DNA of 64,000 nucleotides from Candidatus Obscuribacterales bacterium (GTDB lineage Bacteria; Cyanobacteriota; Vampirovibrionia; Obscuribacterales; Obscuribacteraceae): NCBI GenBank assembly GCA_020634035.1, contig JACKCM010000007.1, positions 42,508 to 106,507 of the forward strand, read 5' to 3'. Shown piece by piece: positions 31,748 to 40,206 of this stretch (position 1 is its first letter; each line of letters starts with the position of its first letter). The notes under the pieces were generated by a model. It saw only the letters and a program-made list of their open reading frames with translations, ran no database searches and was not told where the DNA came from. The position numbers and the translations under genes were made by a program.

Positions 31748-32254
31748 TCAGCTCTTAGGACCGGCCAGCAGCTCGACCTTTTCTATTTCGACAGACAAAA
31801 TAATGCCCAGCTCTTGCTCCAATGCCTTCATCGATGCGCCAATCTCTTCGTTGATATTCGAGCTTGACTCAATCAGCTCGGATGCGCTCGCTTTAGTACA
31901 GGTTTTACCGACGACGCCTCTCAGTTGGGACAGCGCCACAGAAACCGGATCGTCACCAGCCATTACAAACTTGATCGGATCGACCACCTGAATAGAACAG
32001 GATGCGTTAATTTTTACCTCGCCGGCATCGCAGGTTTGCAGCTCGAGGGACTGCTTTTGAAGCGGTGTGGCTTGCAGGTCTATCTTCTTGTATTTCTCGC
32101 ATATTGGAATGACGAACACCAAGCCGGGACCTCGAAGACCTGCTAACTTCCCCAGTCGGAACACAACAAGGCGCTCGTGGTCTTTGACCATTTTCGTGCC
32201 CGCGCAGATGAGCACAGATATGTACAATACGCCTGCCAATATGATTTCTAGCAT
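31748..32254 (-). CDS. short SPFH/band-7 (stomatin/HflC-like) membrane protein
   Basis: 168 aa; N-terminal TM followed by the SPFH core (VVFRLGKLAGLRGPGLVFVIP). Confidence 0.65.
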   Translation of the reverse strand: MLEIILAGVLYISVLICAGTKMVKDHERLVVFRLGKLAGLRGPGLVFVIPICEKYKKIDLQATPLQKQSLELQTCDAGEVKINASCSIQVVDPIKFVMAGDDPVSVALSQLRGVVGKTCTKASASELIESSSNINEEIGASMKALEQELGIILSVEIEKVELLAGPKS

Positions 32255-32327
32255 TTCTCAGCTTGTTAGACCTGGTACTTCGTCGAGCCAAATTATAATT
32301 GAGCTTGACCGCTACAATATGGATAGT

Positions 32328-34136
32328 TTAGCAGGCGTCGTTCCAGTCCGGTAGGTTCTGATTCTGCTTCAAAAATACCCGCTTCAGTAGAATCGCCTCG
32401 TATAGATTTTCGAAGAAAGCGTCGGAGCGCTCGTCGACCTCCAGGGGCAGACTTGCCAGCGCTTCTCGTCGGAATCTTTCCGCATAGAGTCTGTTCTCGA
32501 CACGCTCACTTCTAAAGTAAGCATTCTGCCACCAGGTCTCCATTCTATCTCTTGCCTCTGCCAGCGTATCAGAGGTAACGAGCTTGTCCGACTTAGCCAG
32601 ATTAACCTTCGCTTTTGTAGGCAGCAGGTTCCAGAGGTCGTTGCAAGGATAAGCCGAAAACGGGAAGCAGTGATCTACCGCAAAGGTTTTCTTTATCGCC
32701 TCTCCGCTCCAGATGCAGTGCGCAGGTATGCCATCCGCTATATTGTTTTGCACTATCGTCCGCACCAGGCTGGTATCACGCTCGGGATCCAGCCACTTGA
32801 GCGCATTCATCAGCTGGTCGAGTCTTATGTCGATGCCTCTCGATTGCGCATATTGCTGCATCAGCTCGCTCCACTCAAATAGCAATGACGGCTCTATCCA
32901 GTGCGCATATCGCACCAATGCATTCCAGATATTCAACGGAATGGTCATCTCTCCGAAGGACCACAGATACTCGCTGGTGATACCGGTGAAGGTGGCGCTG
33001 CCAGCACGATGTGATGCCGTTCTCCCTTCGACTTTGAACACCTGCTCTTCGCTGTTTGGATAGGTTATATAAGTCGCCGGCATCTTGCGGATGGTATCGG
33101 CGGCGTCTTTTAGCGCCCTGTGCAAAGCCCAGGCATTGTCTCCTTCGAACACCCCGCCCACCTTGAGCTCAAAAGGCGAAACTCCGCGCAACTGGTTGAA
33201 AGGCGCTTTGACGAAACCCAGCCCGCGTCGGTCTGTAGCCTGGGGGATATCCTGTTCTACTAGAGGCTTGAACATTCGTATCCAAAAAAGTGCCAGCAGA
33301 CCCATGGGTATGGCGACGGTATCGTCCCCGGTGAATCTAGCAAGCCCGGCGGCGCTGTCAGCGATTCTGACTATGCAGCGCAGAAGCGCCAACTTGTATG
33401 TCGAGGACTTGCGATCTTTGGTGATAATCTGCCTCAAAAGAGGCAGCGCCCCGGTGCCGTCATCGGGCAGCTGAAGCAGCACCGTCTGCCAGGTGACGTC
33501 CTGGCGGCCGAGCCTATCTTCGCCATTCTCTTTGGCGGCGACGATGAGTCCGTGCTGCACCGCCAGCTTCTCGAGCTCCAGCGCGCTAACCGGATAGGTC
33601 GATTCGGCAATGCGATGGGGACCATTACGCAGGCTGATTGCGATAACGCCGCCTGACTTCAGCAGCGATACTAATTTGCGGAACACGCGCGGTCTATCCT
33701 GGGGCTGTATGTGCATCCAGACAGCGCTTAATAAAATAAGGTCGAAAGACATTCCCAACCGGATGGTCTTGTGCAGGTCCGGCATCTTGTCCTGCAGCCA
33801 GTGGATATTCTTGTGGGGATGTCTCTCTTTCGCCTCTTCCATCAGAAGCGGGCTGGGCTCGACCGCCACCACGTCGTATCCATGCTGCGCGAACCAGGCG
33901 GAGTCTCTGCCGGAGCCGGCGCCGATGTCGAGAGTGGTTCTGGTGTTTTGATTTGGAGTTATAAACTTTGTTGATTTGGCTGACTCTGTTAACGCGAAGG
34001 AAATCTTCGCGGGACTAATTCCTGATAGAAAGCGAAATAAACAAGGATGCACATCCTCGAACCGGACGCTTTCGTAGCGCGCCGAAAGCTCTTTGACCTG
34101 AGAATTATATTGGCTGATGACATCGTCGTAGTTCAT
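32328..34136 (-). CDS. fusion protein: TehB-like class-I SAM methyltransferase + central unknown region + C-terminal HNH nuclease
   Basis: The N-terminal motif-I LDIGAGSGRDSAWFAQHGYDVVAVEPS is TehB-like. The C-terminal HNH reads CIWSGEAI...DHCFPFSAYPCNDLWNLLP...N. It is 602 aa. Confidence 0.65.
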   Translation of the reverse strand: MNYDDVISQYNSQVKELSARYESVRFEDVHPCLFRFLSGISPAKISFALTESAKSTKFITPNQNTRTTLDIGAGSGRDSAWFAQHGYDVVAVEPSPLLMEEAKERHPHKNIHWLQDKMPDLHKTIRLGMSFDLILLSAVWMHIQPQDRPRVFRKLVSLLKSGGVIAISLRNGPHRIAESTYPVSALELEKLAVQHGLIVAAKENGEDRLGRQDVTWQTVLLQLPDDGTGALPLLRQIITKDRKSSTYKLALLRCIVRIADSAAGLARFTGDDTVAIPMGLLALFWIRMFKPLVEQDIPQATDRRGLGFVKAPFNQLRGVSPFELKVGGVFEGDNAWALHRALKDAADTIRKMPATYITYPNSEEQVFKVEGRTASHRAGSATFTGITSEYLWSFGEMTIPLNIWNALVRYAHWIEPSLLFEWSELMQQYAQSRGIDIRLDQLMNALKWLDPERDTSLVRTIVQNNIADGIPAHCIWSGEAIKKTFAVDHCFPFSAYPCNDLWNLLPTKAKVNLAKSDKLVTSDTLAEARDRMETWWQNAYFRSERVENRLYAERFRREALASLPLEVDERSDAFFENLYEAILLKRVFLKQNQNLPDWNDAC

Positions 34137-34266
34137 AGGAAGTTTTTACCACATGCTCCTTGCGCAGGTGCGAGTTACCTTCGAGGTTTGCAACCAGGTC
34201 AGAATGTATACCCATGATAGACAAATTTGCGAGAAGTTAAACCGGCAGGTTTGAAAATGTGCTATT

Positions 34267-35094
34267 ATGTACACTATGGGTATACAAAAATATAAAAAGC
34301 TAAACCAGTTGCAGTCCGTTTTGCCGGAAGGATTTCCGGTAGACTCTGGTTGGTTGCAGAAAAGAGGCTATTCACGCCAGCTTATAGCCAAATACCTTCG
34401 GCACAATTGGCTTGAGTCTCCAACTCGCGGGGTCTATCGAAGACCCACCACTATTGCCGAAGGCGATAGCTGGCAACCTGTCGTTTTGTCTATTCAAGCG
34501 CTTCTCGAACTCCCGCTCACTGTTGGAGGACGAACTGCTCTTGAATTGCAGGGTTTAACCCACTATCTTTCACTCTCAGATATTCAAGAAGTCCATTTAT
34601 ATGCTTCGGAAGCCCCGCCAAATTGGATCCATGCACTCCCGGTAAAGCAAGAATTCGTTGTTCACTCTGCCAATTTGATAAAGGCACCGGCGTCGCCCGG
34701 TTTAGAATCGGCACTGAGGAAAGCAAGTTTTCTCGTGCAGCGCTGGGGTATGTCGGATTGGTCTATGCTGATATCTACACCTGAACGAGCGATTCTGGAA
34801 GTGATTGATGAACTGCCAAACAAAGAGTCTTTTCATCAAGTAGATGTATTGATGGAAGGGTTGAGCAATCTGCGTCCGAAGTATGTCACCACTCTTCTTT
34901 CTTGCTGCAGAAGCGTCAAAACTAAGCGTCTCTTCTTATGGTTCGCCGATAGACATAGGCATAGCTGGCTAAGCGAAATTGATATTTCAAAAATAGATAT
35001 AGGTTCTGGCAAACGAATGTTGGTGCCCGGTGGAAAGCTTGATTCGAAATACCTTATCACCGTTCCCGGAGAGTTCTCAGCCGATGTCTATTGA
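34267..35094 (+). CDS. type IV TA antitoxin, AbiEi-like
   Basis: 275 aa, N-terminal wHTH-like. The stop overlaps the downstream NTase start by 11 bp. Confidence 0.6.
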   Translation: MYTMGIQKYKKLNQLQSVLPEGFPVDSGWLQKRGYSRQLIAKYLRHNWLESPTRGVYRRPTTIAEGDSWQPVVLSIQALLELPLTVGGRTALELQGLTHYLSLSDIQEVHLYASEAPPNWIHALPVKQEFVVHSANLIKAPASPGLESALRKASFLVQRWGMSDWSMLISTPERAILEVIDELPNKESFHQVDVLMEGLSNLRPKYVTTLLSCCRSVKTKRLFLWFADRHRHSWLSEIDISKIDIGSGKRMLVPGGKLDSKYLITVPGEFSADVY

Positions 35095-36004
35095 CGCTTA
35101 TCGAAAGCAAGTATCGCTCTTGATGCGTATTTTGCCGATTGTAGCGCAGGAGCAATGTTTTGCACTTAAAGGAGGAACGGCGATTAATCTGTTCGTTCGC
35201 GATATGCCTAGATTGTCTGTCGATATTGATCTCGCCTATCTGTCACTTCTGGATAGAGAAGAGTCGTTAGGAGAAATCGATGCTTCACTCAAGAGAATTG
35301 CCAGTGAATTAGGTCAGCGCATTTCGGGCAGTCGCGTACAAGCTTCTGTTCTTCCTGGTACCAGCTCTGTCGTAAAACTCATCGTGAATACGGTGGATGC
35401 TCAAGTCAAAATTGAAGTTACGCCAGTACTGCGCGGAACAGTCTACTCTTGCCAGACGCTAGCAACAACAGATAAAGTACAAGAGGAATTTGGGTTTGCG
35501 AAAGTAAATGTTGTATCTTTTGCGGATTTGTATGGTGGCAAACTCGTTGCTGCCCTGGACCGGCAGCATCCCCGGGACCTTTTTGATGTACGGCTATTGC
35601 TTGCTGCCGAAGGAATCAGCCGGGAGTTGTTTGAAGCTTTCCTTGTATATCTCATCAGTCACAATCGCCCTATGTCCGAGATAATCAGTCCGAAGTTCAA
35701 AGATATAAGACGAGAGTTCGAACGTGGTTTTACCGGGATGACAACAGAAGCGGTGTCCTTAGCGGATCTTGAAGAGACTAGAGAACAACTTGTTATCGCT
35801 ATTCGAAGCTCATTCCTTGACTCGGATAGACGTTTCCTGCTCTCTATGAAAAATGGAAATCCTGATTGGAGTCTGCTTGCTGTCGAAGATGTAGAGCAAC
35901 TGCCGGCGGTGCGATGGAAGTTGCGCAATCTTGAAAATATGGATAAGGACAAGCGGGCTGCTTTGTATAAGCAATTAGAGATTGTTCTGGCGATGAAGAA
36001 CTGA
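35084..36004 (+). CDS. nucleotidyltransferase toxin AbiEii/AbiGii family (second copy)
   Basis: MSIDAYRKQ...ALKGGTAINLF...LSVDIDLAYLS. The ATG at 35084 is in frame with the ORF-track start at 35030. Confidence 0.75.
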   Translation: MSIDAYRKQVSLLMRILPIVAQEQCFALKGGTAINLFVRDMPRLSVDIDLAYLSLLDREESLGEIDASLKRIASELGQRISGSRVQASVLPGTSSVVKLIVNTVDAQVKIEVTPVLRGTVYSCQTLATTDKVQEEFGFAKVNVVSFADLYGGKLVAALDRQHPRDLFDVRLLLAAEGISRELFEAFLVYLISHNRPMSEIISPKFKDIRREFERGFTGMTTEAVSLADLEETREQLVIAIRSSFLDSDRRFLLSMKNGNPDWSLLAVEDVEQLPAVRWKLRNLENMDKDKRAALYKQLEIVLAMKN

Positions 36005-36310
36005 GATTTGACAGGCCAGCGTATGCTCGTCATATCGAGGGACACCTCGATCATTTTAAGCTGTTCAAAATAGGTGGAGGGTAGGTCTATTAACAACAAC
36101 ATGACGTATGCAAAATCGCGCAAAGCTGAACTCTGGAAATTGTTAGAAATTGAGCGTAGTATGAGAAAGAGAGTACCTGCTCTATTCATACATATAGTAT
36201 CCAAGCGGCAGCGAAGTCGAAATCAAAAGGTCTTTTAGTCTTTTCGGACTTTTTCTAGAGCAAATTACAGAGGAGTATCGGTGAAAAACACCGAGAATAG
36301 GAAATCTAGA

Positions 36311-36380
36311 CAGGGTAAAACCAGCCTTTGAAAGAGGCGAGTGAGTTTGGATTGTTCTGTCCAGGCTGGTTTTACCCTGT
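36311..36380. repeat. perfect 17-bp inverted repeat (cagggtaaaaccagcct / aggctggttttaccctg) with 36-nt spacer
   Basis: Seen directly in the sequence; the right arm overlaps the transposase stop codon region. Confidence 0.8.
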
Positions 36381-37802
36381 TTGCCAGGCTCTGCGAAACG
36401 CATCTTGCCAGGGATGATTGGACGAGAGCTTGAGCGAGATTCGTCTGACCGACTCGGTTACCAGAACTCCCACTTTAATTAGATGGAGACGGACGGTTTC
36501 GATGGTCGAATTTTTAAGCCCTGCTTTCATTTTCAGCTTCCAGAGAAGAATGTAGGCGAAGGTATGTAGCAGAAGACGAAGCTGATTTGCTTTGAATTCC
36601 TGGCAGCTAGTGCGATCACAACGCAGATAGTTTTTGAGATCTTTGATCCAGTTTTCGCATTGAGCCCGCTGGCAGTATTTCTCGTAGATTTTTGCAGGTC
36701 TGTTTCTGCTCGAATTAGTTACAACGTAGCGGATATCAGCTTTTTCGGAATTGCGTTCGACTTTGCAGATGATTCTGCGTGCATGAGACCACTCTTTCGC
36801 CTGGTATGGAAATTCTGTGTATTTGCGGATGTAGACTTGCTCGGCTTCGAAATTTTCTTGCATGCGTCCCTGTTCTTTCGTTTCGAACCGTGTGCGTTCC
36901 TCGTTCTGGCGCCAGGTCAGGGCGTTTTCAGGTTCAAGCTGGGAACACTCGTTGTACAGGTTCTCTACAGATTGAACAAATTGCTTTGATTTGCTTTTCA
37001 GGGAATTGTTTCCGGCAATGGCAATGTAGTAGGTGATGTGGTTTTGCTCGCAATAGTCGTAGATATCGGGAGCGGCAAATGCGGCGTCTGCAGTGAGTTC
37101 TATTCGAATTCCGGGCCAGCGTCTGCGAAGTTCCTCAACCACAGGCCCTAGCATTCGCAACGTCCCGTCGTACTTCCCGGCATTGCCTGCTCGCAGCAAA
37201 GACGCCAGGGGAAAGCCATCCTCGGTAAAAATGAAAAGAGGCGTGTAGCATGCGGTTCCGTAGAACCCGCTGTAGAAAGATAGTTGCTGATAGCCATGGA
37301 CTTCGTCGCAAGTTGTGTCGACGGATAGCTTCAAAACCTTTGGTCGTTTCTTTACCTGCTTGATGAATGTTGTGACTAACAATTTCTGCAAAGCTCCCAA
37401 TCCAGCTTCGTCTACAGAGTTCTCCCAGCGGGAGAGGGTGGGTTGAGATGCCAGAGAGGCCTCATCGTTTGGCTTGATTCCGACCGATAGCTTGTGCATG
37501 CTGTCATTTTTGAGCCTGGCAGCATCGTTGCAATCTTCGTAGCCAGCAGCAATTCCGTAGATTCTCTGGCGCAGTAAATTTAGTATGGGGTGTCGTAGTA
37601 GATCTGGCCTTCTCTGGTCGCCAAAGCAGTACTGAGCCATTTCTGTTAACTCTAGCTCCTGATCTGCATTGCGAAGAAGCAGCAATCCTCCGTCGCTTGA
37701 GATCTGCCCACCGTCAAAGTTTGCTCGAATTAACTTCCCAACCCCCAAATCCAGGGTCATTTGGCCTTGTTCTGTTGCGCCTGCTGTTTTACACTGTGTC
37801 AA
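36372..37802 (-). mobile_element. IS1380-family (DDE) transposase gene; IS ends not delimited
   Basis: 476 aa with the GGQISSDGGLLLLR motif and DDE-type core typical of IS1380/ISEcp1-like transposases. I could not identify terminal inverted repeats by eye. Confidence 0.65.
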
Positions 37803-37908
37803 ATCAAAAGCCTCGTTCTTTGCTGAGATTTGTGGTGTGGTAACTTCAGATTCTGAGCCAAATGACAGGGCTTTTGTGCTTTTTGAAAATTAGATTAGTG
37901 TCACTCCC

Positions 37909-38385
37909 GTGAATAATTACGGAGTAGAAGCAGAACTAGATCGCACAATAGAGAAGCTCAAATTCGAACTGCAGAAGCAACAACTAGAGCGGAAGGAAAA
38001 GCAGTATCGCCAGTGGTTCAGAGTGCGGCTTTCTGAACTTCGGCAGAGAATAGTTCCCGCAATAGTTGAGCGGCGACAGAGATTTCTCGAATTTGACGAG
38101 AAAACACGAACTTTTCGATATTTTGACGCATCGATTCAAATACTCTATCCGGGTATGAGCACTATTCTTCTTAGAGTCACAAAAGAACTGACTTACAATG
38201 CAGTAATAGTTCGAGAAGTCGAGTGGAAGGCTGACTACTCAAGAAGCAAGGCATCGAATGTAGTGATTTGGAGTATGGTCAAGAGTTGGAATCCTCAATT
38301 CGACACGTCTGACTCTCACGTTTCAGAATACGAGCTGATTGATGACTTGATTCTCTGTATCCGTTATACAGTTTTTGCCGACTAG
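37909..38385 (+). CDS. hypothetical protein
   Basis: 158-aa ORF downstream of the IS, no family recognised. Confidence 0.3.
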   Translation: MNNYGVEAELDRTIEKLKFELQKQQLERKEKQYRQWFRVRLSELRQRIVPAIVERRQRFLEFDEKTRTFRYFDASIQILYPGMSTILLRVTKELTYNAVIVREVEWKADYSRSKASNVVIWSMVKSWNPQFDTSDSHVSEYELIDDLILCIRYTVFAD

Positions 38386-39011
38386 TCTGATTAAAAGCAA
38401 AAGGCGAACACTGGAAATAAGCCTAGTTGCCGAGCGCCAAATTGACGAAGCCGTGTCAGAGATTTTTGACCACGGACCGGGCACCTGGAAATCTCAACTA
38501 CCGACTACCGGCTACCGGCTACCGGCTTCGACAGTGTTGCCGACATCCTTGCTCGCCTTGTTCCAGGTAAAGAAAAGGCAATCATAGAGATAGCAGAGTA
38601 TGCACTGGTTAAAATCGATAGCGCATTTGAATTGCAAGAGGAATGCGAACTGGAGTACCTGGTCGAGCCATACCTTGGCTTGCACCTGGATGCGTGCTGT
38701 AAGCTCAAACCGGATCCAGTCGCTTTGGGCGTGAGACTGGCTGAGCCGCGTCGTCAGACCGAGTGGGGGTTCTTCGATGGTCCGCCGGCAGGATACGGCG
38801 AAGTACTAGGCAAAGAGGGAATATCTGCGTTTTTATCGGAGCCGAAAGTATCTCGCTGAGCCGGTAGCGGTATTGTTTTGAGCTTCCTCATTTTTAGGCA
38901 GAATAGATGTTCCTGCAGTCTGTCTTTTCCTCGTATTACTACAGTCATTCTAATTCCTCAGGATGACTATTGTATTTCTTGCTTAGTACCTGGTACTTTT
39001 CTCTTGAGCGA

Positions 39012-39038
39012 GAGCACTTCGTGGTTAACGAAGTGCTC
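39012..39038. other. perfect hairpin GAGCACTTCG-tggttaa-CGAAGTGCTC
   Basis: 10-bp arms. The CGAAGTGCTCC unit recurs at 39092-39102 and, degenerate, at 43113-43123. Confidence 0.7.
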
Positions 39039-39474
39039 CTAAGGTTTTCGGCTAATTGTTCAGGATCGGATGTGTGACCCCTTCGGTGTAAACGAAGTGC
39101 TCCAATTTTGGAGCCGATTTATCGACCAGAATCGAATTCTATCATTTTCTTTTTCTTCTGAAAGAGCTAGTCCTGGTGCCTCTTTTGACAGTTGTGCCCC
39201 TTGCAAATGGCTAGCCTATGGGCATATTGGTCACTCCCAGAGGAAGCGCATGCTGGCAAGTCCGACTGCTCTTTGCTTTCCTTGGCAACGGTGAAGGGAT
39301 AATTTAATCCAAAACCATACGATTTAATTTCCCTTAATGCCGGGCTTTTATGCGCCAATTAACAAACAGAAAAATTTTTCGGTCGCGTTGCCAGGTGCTT
39401 AGTCCCTCCAGCGTCTCGCGCTTACATCCTCGCCGGCACATGTAAAATTTCTCCTTGTATCCGAACCAATCTGT

Positions 39475-40119
39475 TTGCGACGCGAGCAGTTTACGATGTT
39501 GGAAGGTCGCGACCAGCACGAGGCAGAAATATCAGCTATGACGAAGTTAGGAATCAACCCGGGAGCCAAGTTATTCAAAATCAAAGTCACTCTCCTTGGT
39601 GTCAAGCCAGAGATATGGCGGCGTTTGCTTGTCCCTGGCAACATCAGGCTAGATATGCTTCATGAGACCATTCAGTGCTCAATGGGGTGGAAGGACTGCC
39701 ATCTGCATGCTTTTCATATAAAAGGCATTGTATATGGTGATCCGGACAATCCTCCTGCCGAGAATTTCAAGACTGAACGAGGCACCAGGTCAAAGTTGAA
39801 ATTTCTCGATTTGCAGGTCGGCGACAAATTTCTGTATGTTTATGACTTCGGCGATGATTGGGTTCATGAGGTTCTCATCGAAGAGATATCGGAGCCAGTG
39901 CCGAAGGAGACCTATCCTCGTCTTATCGGGGGCGAGCGCAACTGTCCGCCGGAAGACTGTGGCGGACCTCCTGGTTATGAGAGTCTTTTGCGAATTCTTG
40001 CTGACCCCTCGGACCCTCAGTATGGCGAAACTCTGGAGTGGTTGGGCGGTTCTTTCGATCCGGAGGGCTTTGACCCGAATGCTTATCGCTTCATTCCCAT
40101 GATGCTAACTTATTCATGA
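39475..40119 (+). CDS. pRiA4b ORF-3-like family protein (IS1096 passenger TnpR-like, PF07929-like)
   Basis: YVYDFGDDWVHEVLIEE motif and KVTLLGVKPEIWRRL. The likely true start is the ATG at 39538 (MTKLGINPG). Confidence 0.65.
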   Translation: MRREQFTMLEGRDQHEAEISAMTKLGINPGAKLFKIKVTLLGVKPEIWRRLLVPGNIRLDMLHETIQCSMGWKDCHLHAFHIKGIVYGDPDNPPAENFKTERGTRSKLKFLDLQVGDKFLYVYDFGDDWVHEVLIEEISEPVPKETYPRLIGGERNCPPEDCGGPPGYESLLRILADPSDPQYGETLEWLGGSFDPEGFDPNAYRFIPMMLTYS

Positions 40120-40206
40120 GCTCCGGTTGCAGCTGGAAGAGTCGCTCGGTCGCGTGAGTGCTTCCTTGGCTATATACTAGAGTCATGCTAGCCATCAGGT
40201 CCGTCA

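Noticed and set aside
38504-38524. ctaccgg x3 tandem repeat considered as a CRISPR or other array
   Set aside because: Only three 7-bp units with no spacers; it is a simple microsatellite.
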